Assembly: GCA_002737635.1 (NCBI GenBank)
Contig: NSIC01000001.1
Location: 16,891 to 80,890, forward strand
Direction of reading: 5' to 3'
Length of the DNA stretch: 64,000 nucleotides
DNA from: Acidimicrobium sp.
GTDB taxonomy: Bacteria; Actinomycetota; Acidimicrobiia; Acidimicrobiales; Ilumatobacteraceae
The translations under genes and the position numbers were made by a program. Position 1 is the stretch's first letter, and every line of letters starts with the position of its first letter. Of this stretch, positions 22,571 through 33,768 are shown one piece after another. Under the pieces are notes generated by a model, which had not been told where the DNA came from, did not search any database, and saw only the letters and a list, made by a program, of their open reading frames with translations.

Positions 22571-25500
22571 CGGGATGCCATATCTATTTTTTGTTCTGGT
22601 CGAGATGAATCAGCCACAAGGGTGACCCTTTTGGCTTCAATTTGCCGTATCCGTCCGCGAAAACGCGAAAAGTTGGCTGCGAGCATCAAAAGACACAGCC
22701 AAACTGAAGCTTGCAAAATTAAATATAAATAGCGCAACGGTGAAGTTTGATATTGCAAGCTGACGACGCCTGCAATCGGTGCGTCAAAAGCGGTTGAAGA
22801 ACCAAAAGCCACACGCGGTGAAAGTTGCGCATCGTCAACCATCAGATGCCAACGCGAATCAAATGGCACAGCCACATGAACGGTTCCACCAGAAAATCTG
22901 CTGCTAACACGCTTGGCGGCCACAAAATTCTCGTCGACCAACATCGGCGTTGTCGACTTCAGTTCTTGGCTCGTCAGAGCAATGTCACTTGCTTGTTCGC
23001 TCGCCACAGATGACTCTTCACTAAGCACGCTGACAATCGGTAGCCAAGAAACATTTTCGAAGATGACCAAGTCGCGGGCGAAATAAATTCGTCGTAAGTC
23101 AAGTTGATTCGATAAAGACTCGACAAGGTTTGTAGCCGTGGTCGACGCCGAGTCGCCAAGTGGCACAACCAAATAACGGATGGCAAGTGGTGAGATAGCG
23201 CGACCAATTCGAATCGTGTCGTTTGAGACCAACGAATTAAGCGCACGCTGTGCGGCAAGATTCATCGTGGTTTCTTGGGGTGCCCAATAAGAGCTGAAGT
23301 TGACAGCCCCATCGTCAGCGACACCATATGAAATTTCGGCAGTCACCGAGTTGGTGGCGACTGGCAACAAGTCACGATCGCCTAAATAGAGTGTGCGATA
23401 GTTGCCTTCTTTTGGATTGTCGGGCAACTGTTCAAGCAACTGTGGCACCAAAGTTTCGGGTTGACTCCAGCGTCCATCCGTGACACCCAACAATGTCGGA
23501 GCAATTGTCAACGCGATCGAGATTGGCACTAGCAAACTCAACGAGCGTCGCCAGTCAGATGTTCGACTCATGTTGGTCTCGGCAAACACGCTGAGACAAG
23601 TCGCCACGGCCAAGGCCAAGCCACAAGCAACGAGCGTCAGCATCACCGAAGGCTCTGGGAGTGCAAATGGTAATTCACCCTGATCGTCAAGAACCACAAA
23701 CAACAAACCAAAGACGACGAGCACTGCTGCACGAATTGCCCACAGTCTGCGCCAACTGTCGGCAACGATCAAAGCGCAAACAACGCAAAAATAAATGGCT
23801 AGTACCAAAAATCCACCACGCGTGTTACCGAGATCAAGTCGAGCCAGTGAGCCGAGACCAATTTTTCGATCAGCAACACCTTGATCTCCGGCTAGAAGTT
23901 GCCACCAATTGCTTGAGACAAAATGCATCGACCAGGGCAGGTTGATAAATACCGAGCCGACAAGCCCCGTCAACCCGACCAAAGATGTCGTTAAGAGCTT
24001 TCTGGCAGAAACACCACCCAAGAAAGATGCAAAAACCCAAAGGCAAATAATCACCAAAAACAGAATCGCGATACTCGGTGTGAACGCAAACACGAGACCA
24101 AGAATCAAGAGCAGCCCTGCCACGAGTTGGGTTCGGCGCACCAAACCCTGATCGACCCCATCTTGATATCGATTGAGAATGTCAAACAACCACGGCGCAG
24201 CGGCAATACAGATCAGTGCCGAAAACCGTCCGTGCGAAATTGCATTGAATGAAAGCGGCAAAGCAACATATACAACTGCAGCACCCAGACGCACCCGCGT
24301 GTTGGCGAATGCACCACAAAGACGCCACATGCCAATTAAGCCGATGAATAGCGACCCGACGATCATCAAAGTTTGTAGCAACGCGAGATTGCCAAAAAGT
24401 ACAAATGATGCCAGTGCGATTAGTCCAAGCCCCGTCGGATTAGCAGACGCTTCGCCAAAACCACTCGACCACCACCCCGAGAGAAAATTTGTCCAGATTG
24501 AGCTGGTCGAGACTGATCCATTTTCAAACGGCAACATCTCGCCTACGACTCGCGATGAGTCGGTGATAATTTCTCTGCTACCGAGAAGTATCAGCACTGT
24601 GACGACTAAAAGTGTTGTGCCTGCGGTACGCGTCGAGCTCTGCTTCCAACGCTTTTTGGTTTCGACCAAGGATGCAATCTCTCGCGACGCCAGTGCTCGG
24701 CGGCGACGAATAAACCTCGTAAGTCGAGCTGAGCCCTTCACCTGAAGTTTTGCTATTTCGCTCGCAGCAACACGACGTAGAAGTCGAACTTGTCGTCGCG
24801 TTCGCCAAATATATGAAGCATCAACTACTAGTGCAACGGTTGATCGAAAACTCGCTAACGATTCACGAAAGGTGCCGGTGAATACACCCAGAATTATCTC
24901 AATAGCCGAAGTCAGCAACATCTGCAACCAAACAAATGGCAGTCGCCAACGACTCGTCAGCGTCGCCACGGTTCGTGCGCGATTTCGCGCAACACTTGCC
25001 CGCGAAACCAGATGTGGTGAACGAGTTTCAAAACTATTCAGGTGCCTCGCCACGGCCGTCGGTGCCACAAGAACTCGAGCACCACTCAAATGCGCACGCC
25101 AACAAAAATCTAAATCCTCGCCAAAAAACAAAATATCTTGATTGAAACCATTAAGTTCGCGGAACAAATCTGAGCGCACGAGCATGCACGCCGAACTGAC
25201 AAAGAAAACATCCCGCACCGAGTCGTGCTGCTCTTGGTCACGTTCATTTTGCTCGATGAACACGTCAATCTCACCACAACGATCAATGCCGAAACCCACG
25301 GATTGTAATATCGTCGTTTTTTCCCACTGCAAAAGTTTCGGTCCAACGACCGCAGCGTTAGAGATAAAGAGTTCTTGAACCAAGGTTCGCACGGTGTTCG
25401 GGTTCAAGACGACATCGTCGTGCATGATGCAAAACAAGCCTCCATCACCCTCGACAACCCGTTGCAGTTCATTGATCAGTCGACCGAAACCTGGGTTGCC

Positions 25501-25761
25501 CTCGACAATTCGCACCACGGCATTTGGCAGCGTGTCGGTAATTCTTATTGAAAGCAAATTGGCTTCGCTCGTGTCGACACCAGAGTCAGAAAAGGTAGTC
25601 GTCAAGAAAAAAACGTTGCTGATATTCGAGTAATCCTGGCCAGCCAGCCCCGCGAGAACTTCATCAAACCAAGAGCCTGGTTGGTGCACAACCATCGCTG
25701 TCACCACTAGGGGCGCAGAAACCACTTGGCTTTGCATTTCATCAACGGGCTCATTACTCAC
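22567..25761 (-). CDS. Large family 2 glycosyltransferase with multi-TM C-terminal region
   Basis: NPGFG, MHDD, VVGPKL, FGEDLDFCWRA followed by many TM helices. Confidence 0.88.
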   Translation of the reverse strand: MSNEPVDEMQSQVVSAPLVVTAMVVHQPGSWFDEVLAGLAGQDYSNISNVFFLTTTFSDSGVDTSEANLLSIRITDTLPNAVVRIVEGNPGFGRLINELQRVVEGDGGLFCIMHDDVVLNPNTVRTLVQELFISNAAVVGPKLLQWEKTTILQSVGFGIDRCGEIDVFIEQNERDQEQHDSVRDVFFVSSACMLVRSDLFRELNGFNQDILFFGEDLDFCWRAHLSGARVLVAPTAVARHLNSFETRSPHLVSRASVARNRARTVATLTSRWRLPFVWLQMLLTSAIEIILGVFTGTFRESLASFRSTVALVVDASYIWRTRRQVRLLRRVAASEIAKLQVKGSARLTRFIRRRRALASREIASLVETKKRWKQSSTRTAGTTLLVVTVLILLGSREIITDSSRVVGEMLPFENGSVSTSSIWTNFLSGWWSSGFGEASANPTGLGLIALASFVLFGNLALLQTLMIVGSLFIGLIGMWRLCGAFANTRVRLGAAVVYVALPLSFNAISHGRFSALICIAAAPWLFDILNRYQDGVDQGLVRRTQLVAGLLLILGLVFAFTPSIAILFLVIICLWVFASFLGGVSARKLLTTSLVGLTGLVGSVFINLPWSMHFVSSNWWQLLAGDQGVADRKIGLGSLARLDLGNTRGGFLVLAIYFCVVCALIVADSWRRLWAIRAAVLVVFGLLFVVLDDQGELPFALPEPSVMLTLVACGLALAVATCLSVFAETNMSRTSDWRRSLSLLVPISIALTIAPTLLGVTDGRWSQPETLVPQLLEQLPDNPKEGNYRTLYLGDRDLLPVATNSVTAEISYGVADDGAVNFSSYWAPQETTMNLAAQRALNSLVSNDTIRIGRAISPLAIRYLVVPLGDSASTTATNLVESLSNQLDLRRIYFARDLVIFENVSWLPIVSVLSEESSVASEQASDIALTSQELKSTTPMLVDENFVAAKRVSSRFSGGTVHVAVPFDSRWHLMVDDAQLSPRVAFGSSTAFDAPIAGVVSLQYQTSPLRYLYLILQASVWLCLLMLAANFSRFRGRIRQIEAKRVTLVADSSRPEQKIDMASR

Positions 25762-25809
25762 GATGCAATAAGACTACTAATTTGCGACAAACTACTAACC
25801 TTGTTCTCA

Positions 25810-27105
25810 ATGTCGCAGCAATCTGCTAATTCATCGTTGCCGACAGAACAAAAGCGCAGCGTCATTCCTGAGGGCACTATTGCTATTGCCATTGGACTGC
25901 TGATTGCCGGTGTGACAATTTACATATTTTTCAAAATTGGTCAACAAGCATTGGGCCAGGAAGAATTCAAACCTCTGGTGTCGCTGTGGTTCGTGATGTT
26001 TGCAATCGCGCCTGGTTTCTTTTTGCCAGTCGAACAAGAACTTAGCCGGGCGATCGCGCATCGAAAAGCACTCGGCCAAGGCACGACACCAGTGGTAAAA
26101 AAGGTCGCACTGCTGTGCAGCATGATCGTCGTTTTTTTGGTTGTGCTAATTCTCGTTCTCTCGCCGGTGATCAACGACAACCTATTCGAAGGTCATGCAA
26201 TCATTACCGCAAGTTTGGCGATCGCCATAGTCACATATGGCATGTTGTATTTCACCAAAGGTCTTTCATCTGGTTTGGGCAAATTTTCTGCATACGGGTT
26301 CATCGTCGGCTCGGACGGCGCGATCAGGGTCATCGCCTGCACAGTTTTGTTAATTGCCGGCGTCACACAACTCTCTGCATATTCGATAATTATTGTCATC
26401 ACACCAGTTGTCGGTGTGATGATCATTGTGCTTGCTGGTCAGCTTCGCACCGACCCCGGACCGCCTGCCAAGTGGTCAGAAATCACCGAGAATCTCGTCT
26501 GGCTTCTAGGTGGATCAATCTTCGCTGCCGCACTAGTCAACGCGGGGCCAATCACCGTTGACCTGCTCGGCGACAAATCTGATGCAATTCGCGTCACTCA
26601 ATTCGGCAATGCAGTTCTTTTGACCAGAGTGCCGCTGTTTTTATTTCAAGCAGTACAAGCAGCACTTCTACCACGGCTCACACGACTTGCCGCCCGCGGC
26701 GATTTGGATGAATTCAAAATTGGATTTCGCCGACTCGTCGTGCTCGTGATTGGCGTCGGTTTATTTGGCACGGTCGGTGCATTCTTGTTTGGTCCATTCT
26801 TTTTAGATCTGATCTATGGCGGCGGCATCGATCGGCGAACACTCACACTGTTAGCGCTCGCCAGTGGCATCTACATGATGGCTCTTGCTATTGCCCAAGC
26901 AGTCATCGCCTTGCGCGGCCATCGACACGTCGCCCTCGGTTGGGTCTTGGCGTTCGTGAGTTACGTAGCCTCTGCTTGGTTCGTCAGCGAAGATCTCTTC
27001 TTACGAGTCGAAGTGGCGCTAGTTGTGAGTTCGGCCGTCGCGCTGATCTATTTTGCTTTTAGTCTCAGATCGCTATTGCGCTATTTGGCACGTTTGGTTT
27101 CGTAA
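25810..27105 (+). CDS. Polysaccharide biosynthesis protein / Wzx-like flippase
   Basis: About 12 TM segments, [26 protein letters not shown]; glycan locus context. Confidence 0.72.
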   Translation: MSQQSANSSLPTEQKRSVIPEGTIAIAIGLLIAGVTIYIFFKIGQQALGQEEFKPLVSLWFVMFAIAPGFFLPVEQELSRAIAHRKALGQGTTPVVKKVALLCSMIVVFLVVLILVLSPVINDNLFEGHAIITASLAIAIVTYGMLYFTKGLSSGLGKFSAYGFIVGSDGAIRVIACTVLLIAGVTQLSAYSIIIVITPVVGVMIIVLAGQLRTDPGPPAKWSEITENLVWLLGGSIFAAALVNAGPITVDLLGDKSDAIRVTQFGNAVLLTRVPLFLFQAVQAALLPRLTRLAARGDLDEFKIGFRRLVVLVIGVGLFGTVGAFLFGPFFLDLIYGGGIDRRTLTLLALASGIYMMALAIAQAVIALRGHRHVALGWVLAFVSYVASAWFVSEDLFLRVEVALVVSSAVALIYFAFSLRSLLRYLARLVS

Positions 27106-28064
27106 TTGATGTCGTGTCGAACCATCATCTCGATGAGTTCGTTGAACCCAACTTTGGGCTGCCAACCAAGTTTGGTTTTTGCTTTGGTGGCGTCACCGAT
27201 CAAGAGATCAACTTCAGCGGGCCTGAAAAAGCGCTGGTCTTGACGCACATACTGACGCCAATCTTTTAGATCGGCAGCCGCAAAAGCAACTTCAAGCAAT
27301 TGTTCGATCGAATGACTCTTGCCAGTTGCGACGACAAAATCATCGGGCTTTGGTTGCTGAAGCATCATCCACATGGCTTCGACATAGTCGCCCGCATAGC
27401 CCCAGTCACGCTTGGCTTCAAGATTGCCTAGAACCAGTTCGCTTTGCACGCCGAGTTTGATGCGCGCAACAGAATTCGTGATTTTTCTGGTGACGAATTC
27501 GAGACCACGGCGCGGTCCTTCGTGGTTAAACAAGATGCCTGAGCAAGCGAACATGTCGTAACTCTCGCGATAGTTGACGGTGATGTCGTGCGCAAAAACT
27601 TTCGCCACGCCATAGGGCGACCGCGGATGAAATGGTGTCATCTCTGTCTGCGGGGTTTCGCGCACTTTACCGAACATTTCAGATGACGAGGCCTGATAAA
27701 AACGAATCGGGTTCTTGCGTGCGCCGCCCACCAAACGAATCGCCTCGAGCATTCTCAGCACGCCAAGTCCGGTGATGTTGCCGGTTAGTTCAGCCTGATT
27801 AAACGACATTGCGACGAATGAAATTGCACCAAGGTTGTAAACCTCATCTGGCTGCGACATTTCGAGCGCACTAACAAGGCTTGAAAAATCAGCAAGATCG
27901 CCCGGCACAAGTTGAACAAACGGAAACTCGTCGCGGATCGATTCGGCCTTCGGATTATTTTGTCCCTTTACGAGGCCAAAGACTTCGTAACCCTTCGAAT
28001 GCAAGAATTCGGCAAGATGGCGACCGTCTTGTCCTGTGATGCCGGTAATCAGTGCTCTTGCCAT
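27081..28064 (-). CDS. gmd: GDP-mannose 4,6-dehydratase
   Basis: [39 protein letters not shown]. Confidence 0.96.
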   Translation of the reverse strand: MARALITGITGQDGRHLAEFLHSKGYEVFGLVKGQNNPKAESIRDEFPFVQLVPGDLADFSSLVSALEMSQPDEVYNLGAISFVAMSFNQAELTGNITGLGVLRMLEAIRLVGGARKNPIRFYQASSSEMFGKVRETPQTEMTPFHPRSPYGVAKVFAHDITVNYRESYDMFACSGILFNHEGPRRGLEFVTRKITNSVARIKLGVQSELVLGNLEAKRDWGYAGDYVEAMWMMLQQPKPDDFVVATGKSHSIEQLLEVAFAAADLKDWRQYVRQDQRFFRPAEVDLLIGDATKAKTKLGWQPKVGFNELIEMMVRHDINYETKRAK

Positions 28065-28166
28065 AACGACCATCCAATCTAGTGGCAAATGCGATTGCGA
28101 GAGTTCTGTAGCCATCCAACTCTAAAAAAATGCGCCGATCTACATGAAGCCGTACGCTCAATAGTT

Positions 28167-29171
28167 GTGAATGCAGAAAAAAGTTCGCTATCGATTGTGG
28201 TTCTTGCAGGTGGTGTGGGCGCGGCGCGCTTTCTTAGCGGTCTCGCCCAAGTTAATTCACCGAAACTTACGACAGCACTGGTCAACACGGGCGATGACAC
28301 GGTGCTGCACGGTCTAAATATTTCACCCGACATTGACACGGTGATCTACACGCTCGCCCAAGCAATTGACCCACAAAGAGGTTGGGGTTTGACAAACGAG
28401 TCTTGGCGCGCAATGGAGTCTTTGCAGCGCTATACAAAAGTGCGACCAGCCGATTCGGTCGCAGCCCCCGAGTGGTTCAACCTCGGCGATCAAGATCTCG
28501 CGACGCACTTTTATCGAACCGCGCGCAGAAGTGAAGGCGCCGATGCGTGGCAGATAACCCGAGAAATTTCAGTCGCTTGGTCTGTCGAGCAACAAATCGT
28601 GCCGATGACAAATCAAGATGTCTCAACAGTTGTTGAACTCGCCCAAGATTGCATCGCTGGAAAGACCGGCGAAGTAATCAGCTTTCAGGAATATTTTGTC
28701 AAATATAAACACGACATTGCGGTGCGGTCTGTGAGATTTGTCGGCATCGAAAACGCCAAGCCGAATGCATTGTCGCAGCTAGCAACCGCTGATGCAGTCG
28801 TGATTGCACCGTCCAACCCAATTGTTTCAATTGGGCCGATTCGTGCACTCAACGGCGTTGATGTGACGCTCGGCAAGATTAGAGATCGAGTTGTTGCGAT
28901 TTCACCAATCGTCGGTGGTCATGCAATCAAAGGACCCGCCGATCGCATGCTCAAAGAACTTGGCCACGAGTCATCGGCGCTTGGCGTTGCGCGAATGTAT
29001 TCATCAATAGCCTCAACTCTTATCATTGATGATGTGGACGCAAGCCTGAAGCCTGCAATTGAAGCACTCGGCATGCGTTGCATCGTGACCAACACGATTA
29101 TGTCTGAACCGAAAATTAGTGCCGCGCTTGCACGAACTGCACTTGCATCTTTGAAAGATAGCCAGAAATGA
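28167..29171 (+). CDS. cofD: 2-phospho-L-lactate/PEP transferase (F420 biosynthesis)
   Basis: LAGGVGAARF, NTGDD, ISPDIDT, WFNLGDQD, FQEYFV, PSNPIVSIGPI. Confidence 0.95.
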   Translation: MNAEKSSLSIVVLAGGVGAARFLSGLAQVNSPKLTTALVNTGDDTVLHGLNISPDIDTVIYTLAQAIDPQRGWGLTNESWRAMESLQRYTKVRPADSVAAPEWFNLGDQDLATHFYRTARRSEGADAWQITREISVAWSVEQQIVPMTNQDVSTVVELAQDCIAGKTGEVISFQEYFVKYKHDIAVRSVRFVGIENAKPNALSQLATADAVVIAPSNPIVSIGPIRALNGVDVTLGKIRDRVVAISPIVGGHAIKGPADRMLKELGHESSALGVARMYSSIASTLIIDDVDASLKPAIEALGMRCIVTNTIMSEPKISAALARTALASLKDSQK

Positions 29172-29881
29172 GCCGGTTAACAATTTGGGGAGTCGAAGGC
29201 ATTGGCGAGATCTCGGCCAAAGATCAACTAGGCGAAATTATCGCCGACATCTGCCGCCAAGAACCAAATGGGCCGTTGTTAGATAACGATGTTTTGGTCG
29301 TCACCCAAAAAATAGTCTCGAAGGCCGAAGGTCGGCTTGTGCCGATCGATGCTTCTGATCCGCTTAGTCACAAACAACTGGTCGAACAAGAAGCGGTGCG
29401 AATTGTGCGGCGCCGCGGAGATTTAATCATCACCGAAACAAAGCACGGCTTTGTCTGCGCCAACAGCGGCATCGATCTGTCGAACATCGAACGGGGCTAC
29501 GCGGCTCTCCTGCCGATTGACAGCGACAAATCTGCGCGCCGCATCCGAGACATCATTCGTGCCAAACTCGGCGTCAATGTCGGCGTCATCGTTAGCGATA
29601 CTTTTGGTAGACCTTGGCGCAAAGGGCTGACTGATATCGCCATCGGCGTTGCCGGCGTCGCCGGCGTCGTGGATTTGCGCGGCACACCCGACTCACTGGG
29701 TCGAATTATGCAAGTCACCGAAGTTGCAGTTGCCGATGAGCTGGCAAGCGCCGCCGAACTCGTGATGGGTAAATCATCTGGCATTCCAGTAGCAGTGATC
29801 CGTGGCGTTGATGCCGACTGGTTTCGTGATTCGAAAATCAGCGAACTAGTGCGCCCGCCCCAAGAAGATTTATTTCGCTAG
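29168..29881 (+). CDS. cofE: F420-0:gamma-glutamate ligase, single domain
   Basis: TQKIVSKAEG, ANSGIDLSN, SDTFGRPWR, DELASAA, ends EDLFR. Confidence 0.94.
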   Translation: MSRLTIWGVEGIGEISAKDQLGEIIADICRQEPNGPLLDNDVLVVTQKIVSKAEGRLVPIDASDPLSHKQLVEQEAVRIVRRRGDLIITETKHGFVCANSGIDLSNIERGYAALLPIDSDKSARRIRDIIRAKLGVNVGVIVSDTFGRPWRKGLTDIAIGVAGVAGVVDLRGTPDSLGRIMQVTEVAVADELASAAELVMGKSSGIPVAVIRGVDADWFRDSKISELVRPPQEDLFR

Positions 29882-30804
29882 ACAGTTCGTCCAAGCAAAT
29901 CGCTAATGCCTGATTCAAGGGTTGTCCAATGCGACCAACCAAGTTGAATTCTCGCCCGGGTCGTGTTGACCGCGTTGCGTTGCAGATCGGCTGTTCGCGC
30001 CGACTCGTATGACTCTTGCAATGTCGTATCACGACCAACGAGATGCCACAAGTCTTTGACGGTTGTTTGCACCCCGGTGCCGATGTTGATCACAAGTCCA
30101 CCGCCTTTGTTGATTGCACGCGCCAAAGCGTCAACCGCGTCATCAATGAACAAAAAATCTCGAGTTTGACGACCGTTGCCACAAATAATTGGCGCGCTTT
30201 GATTAACAACAGCGTTAGCAAACGCCGCGACGACACCATCTGTCGGGCGTTGGCGCGAGCCGTAAACATTGGTCATCGCCAGAGCGGTGAACTCGACATC
30301 ATAACTTTCGCGATAAACCGTCAACAGATCGACCAAAGTATTCGCCATCACATGAGCCACGCCCATCGGGTCTGACTTACGACCCTCTTTGACAGGAAGT
30401 TGTCGCGCCGGCACTTCGCCGTAAAGCAAACCGGCAGGCAACGCCACGACAACTTTTTTCACGTCAAACCTTCGCGCTGCCTCGAGTACCGAGATCAGCA
30501 AAGTCGCCGAGCGCAACATTTCATTGGTGCGAGTTGCCCCCGTCGGCAAAAGTGCGAGGTGATAAATCGCCGTTGGTCGGCGCAACGCAATTAAATCTGA
30601 AAACTCTGGTGCTGAAATGTCGAGATGATGAAAGCGCAGCGTGCCACCTGCTGCACGCGCCGCACTGAGGTTGGCAAGCGACCCAACCGAAAGATCGTCG
30701 ACAACTTCAACGCTGTGACCATCGGCCAAAAGTCGATCAACTAGGTGCGAGCCAACAAAGCCGGCACCACCACAAACGAGCACACCGTTAACTTGCGCCA
30801 TCAA
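29878..30804 (-). CDS. NAD-dependent epimerase/dehydratase family protein with degenerate active site
   Basis: GGAGFVGSHL, NVYGSRQ, QTRDFLFIDD; YxxxK replaced by MGVAH. Confidence 0.85.
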   Translation of the reverse strand: MMAQVNGVLVCGGAGFVGSHLVDRLLADGHSVEVVDDLSVGSLANLSAARAAGGTLRFHHLDISAPEFSDLIALRRPTAIYHLALLPTGATRTNEMLRSATLLISVLEAARRFDVKKVVVALPAGLLYGEVPARQLPVKEGRKSDPMGVAHVMANTLVDLLTVYRESYDVEFTALAMTNVYGSRQRPTDGVVAAFANAVVNQSAPIICGNGRQTRDFLFIDDAVDALARAINKGGGLVINIGTGVQTTVKDLWHLVGRDTTLQESYESARTADLQRNAVNTTRARIQLGWSHWTTLESGISDLLGRTV

Positions 30805-30810
30805 GTTTTT

Positions 30811-31815
30811 TCAACTCGCATCAGGAACTTTGGCATCACGTAATATTGCGCCAGATTTGACCTCGCCGTCAACACCGATGAGACACCCGTTGACCTGCGC
30901 GAACGAGCCGACATGACCCATCACTGCGCTATCCACGACAACGGCATCATCATCAATAGTTGCGCCTGCAAGCAAAACTGAGCGAATAATCTGGCAGTTC
31001 TCGCCGAGTTTGCAACCCCGTGCGATCACGCTTTGTGTCACTGTTGCAGATTTTGCGATTTGCGACATTGCGCTAATTGCTTCAACTTTATGGATGCTCT
31101 TGCGCTGCAATAGTTCGATATTCGCGCGAACATATGTGTCGGGGCGACCTGCATCAATCCAATAATCAGATGTCGCATAACCAAACAACTCACCATCTTT
31201 AACCAACTCCGGAAACGTCTCGCGCTCAATCGACATCGGCGCGACACCAGGCATCCGATCAAGCGCCGAGGCTTCGAAGACATATGTTCCGCCGTTGACA
31301 TTGCGCGATGTGGTCTGACCAGGCGAAGGCTTTTCAACAAAACGATTTACCTTGCCTTGCGGGTTTGTCTCGACAACGCCGTATTGCGACGGATCTTCGA
31401 CTGGCGTCAAATGAATTGTTGCTTGTGCGCCAGTTGATTTGTGAAACGCAACGAGTGCTGCGATATCAAGATCCGTCAGCACATCGCCATTGGCAACAAG
31501 AAAAGTTTCACCGCGTTTATCAATCTCGGCATGGCGCGCCGCAAAACCAATCGCACCCGCCGTATCAAGCGGTCGGTCTTCAACTGCATAAGTTAATTTG
31601 ACGCCCGCACACACATTTGACGGAAATGCAATCAAAAACGGTTCGGGTTTGAAGCCAAGTGACAACACAGCATCGGTTACTCCACCGCGAGCAAGCGACG
31701 CCATCAGTCTTTCGAGTAGCGGAAGGTTTGCGATCGGCAGAAGCGGCTTTGGTGTGACCAGCGTCAACGGTCGCAACCGTTTACCAAAACCACCAACTAG
31801 CACGACTGCGTGCAT
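30811..31815 (-). CDS. NDP-sugar synthase (mannose-1-phosphate guanylyltransferase-like)
   Basis: LVGGFGKRLRPLT, PKPLLP, PLDTAGA, NGDVL, FVEKP, C-terminal beta-helix. Confidence 0.9.
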   Translation of the reverse strand: MHAVVLVGGFGKRLRPLTLVTPKPLLPIANLPLLERLMASLARGGVTDAVLSLGFKPEPFLIAFPSNVCAGVKLTYAVEDRPLDTAGAIGFAARHAEIDKRGETFLVANGDVLTDLDIAALVAFHKSTGAQATIHLTPVEDPSQYGVVETNPQGKVNRFVEKPSPGQTTSRNVNGGTYVFEASALDRMPGVAPMSIERETFPELVKDGELFGYATSDYWIDAGRPDTYVRANIELLQRKSIHKVEAISAMSQIAKSATVTQSVIARGCKLGENCQIIRSVLLAGATIDDDAVVVDSAVMGHVGSFAQVNGCLIGVDGEVKSGAILRDAKVPDAS

Positions 31816-31843
31816 ATGTAGATTTACTCCAATTTTTTTGGCG

Positions 31844-32512
31844 TTAACCAGTGATCAACGGATCAAGATCAGTAATCGTGATTGGCTGTGGCACCTCGAC
31901 ATCTTTGGCGATAAAAGCCAAAGTAATCGCCATGCCGTTGCCAGTAAGTCGCACATTGCCGAGATCAGCAATCGAAATTTTTGGCGATGAAACTTTTGAA
32001 TCCCAAACGACAACTTGCAAATTCGCAGCTTTGTCGCCACACTTTGTATCGGCTTCGCTAATTAGTTCGCCGCCGTTCAAAGAGTCTGGAAACTGAATCG
32101 AATCATTCGTCACGGTCAGACCGTAAAGTTCAAAAATCGTTTCAAGCTTGGCGCGACGCTCACCTGACAGAACTTGTGGCTCCCAACGCACGACACCAGC
32201 CGACTCGATAAATGCACCAGGCTTGACGCTCGAAATATCGGCAAGGTCGGCTGCGGCTGGCAAGTTTTCGATGAACGCATCGCACTTGTAAATGCCAAAC
32301 GCCGTGTAATAGTTCTGCGACGCAGTGTCGAGCGCGCTGACTCGCTCTTGGCTCTGGCGGGCATAGGCGATTAATGCGACACCGAGCACACAGACGACGA
32401 AAATAACCGTTGGAAACAACGATCCACCTTGCATACGAACCTTGCGACCCTTGCGGTTCTTGCTGGCTTGAGCCAAACGGGCGATTTTTTTCGCTGAAGA
32501 TGAGGTAGCCAC
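31844..32512 (-). CDS. Hypothetical single-TM membrane protein
   Basis: Basic N-terminus, one TM, extracellular region with two Cys. Confidence 0.7.
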   Translation of the reverse strand: MATSSSAKKIARLAQASKNRKGRKVRMQGGSLFPTVIFVVCVLGVALIAYARQSQERVSALDTASQNYYTAFGIYKCDAFIENLPAAADLADISSVKPGAFIESAGVVRWEPQVLSGERRAKLETIFELYGLTVTNDSIQFPDSLNGGELISEADTKCGDKAANLQVVVWDSKVSSPKISIADLGNVRLTGNGMAITLAFIAKDVEVPQPITITDLDPLITG

Positions 32513-32532
32513 GAACAAGAAATGCTACAGGC

Positions 32533-33768
32533 TTATGGCGTGTACAAGGCTTCGTAACGCTGCGCAACCGACTGGGGCGAAGCGTGGCCTTCAACCCATT
32601 TTCGCCCGCTCGCCCCCATTTCTTCAAGATTTTTACGGTCGAGAGTCAAAGCATTAATTGCGGATACAAACGCCTGTTGATTATCTGGCTCGACGCAAAC
32701 TCCGGCTTTCGCCGCTGCCAAAATTCGAGGCACCTCGGTGTCTAGATCGATCGCCGCACAAATCGGTCGCCCCGCAGCAAGTATCGAATATGTTTTTGAC
32801 GGCACGCTGACCGAGCCGAGTCCGCGACGCAACGGCACAACATGCAGATCTCCAGTTGCCAACACTTCGCTCAGTCGCGCAGCATCTTGGTAGTCGCCGA
32901 ATTTCAGATTGCGCAGCGTGCCCGCCTTTGCTTCGAGGGACTTTCGCGCTGCACCTTCGCCATTGATCACAAACATAACTTCGGGCAAAACTCGAGCCGC
33001 TTCAAGCACAAGCTCTAGCGACTGCGAGAAACCCACGTTTCCGGCGTACATCACAACCAATGATTCGTCAATGCCGAGTTCGCGACGATAATTGGTTAGT
33101 CGCGACATCGGCACGATCGCCTTCGTGTCAACAAAATTAGGAATCACCTTGATGCGCTTGTGAAACTTTTGATCGAGCTTGCGTTGCACGTTGTTGGCTA
33201 AATCATCTGACAACAACACGACCGAATTAGATCGTTGATAGCTGACGCGTTCAAGCCATGACGCGGCGGCGATCACGCGTTGGTTCGAAATTGCCCCAGT
33301 CTCGATTGCCGCGTCAGGAAACACGTCTTGAATGTTGAACACCAGTTTGCCGCCACGAAATAACTTGGTGTGCCAACCGATCAAGCCCAGCGTCAAAGGT
33401 GGCGACATCGCCAATACGCCGTCGACTCGACGCCAGAAACCGCCCGCAAATAGCGCCCGTAAGCCAACGAAGTAGCTGAACAAAATGAAACCAACTGCCC
33501 TGCGCACCAAGTTGCTCTTGGTCTTTCCCGCAAACGGCTGCACTCGACTAATTGAACCCCAATTGGTTTTCTCGACTCTCCACAAGGCGCCTGCCCAACC
33601 CGATTCGACTTGATGCTTGCGATACCACGGCAACGATGTGACGACATGCAGCTCGTGTCCGCGTGCGGCGAGTTCATGCACGATTCGTGTCATCACCACA
33701 CCAGTCGGTGCCATGTCAGGCTCGAAGTGTGGGCAAAGAACTATTAGTCGCAATTTCTTTGACATCAC
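32533..33768 (-). CDS. Glycosyltransferase family 4 (WcaI-like)
   Basis: HFEPD, NIQDVFPD, YAGNVGFSQ, SVPSKTYSILAAGRP. Confidence 0.92.
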   Translation of the reverse strand: MMSKKLRLIVLCPHFEPDMAPTGVVMTRIVHELAARGHELHVVTSLPWYRKHQVESGWAGALWRVEKTNWGSISRVQPFAGKTKSNLVRRAVGFILFSYFVGLRALFAGGFWRRVDGVLAMSPPLTLGLIGWHTKLFRGGKLVFNIQDVFPDAAIETGAISNQRVIAAASWLERVSYQRSNSVVLLSDDLANNVQRKLDQKFHKRIKVIPNFVDTKAIVPMSRLTNYRRELGIDESLVVMYAGNVGFSQSLELVLEAARVLPEVMFVINGEGAARKSLEAKAGTLRNLKFGDYQDAARLSEVLATGDLHVVPLRRGLGSVSVPSKTYSILAAGRPICAAIDLDTEVPRILAAAKAGVCVEPDNQQAFVSAINALTLDRKNLEEMGASGRKWVEGHASPQSVAQRYEALYTP

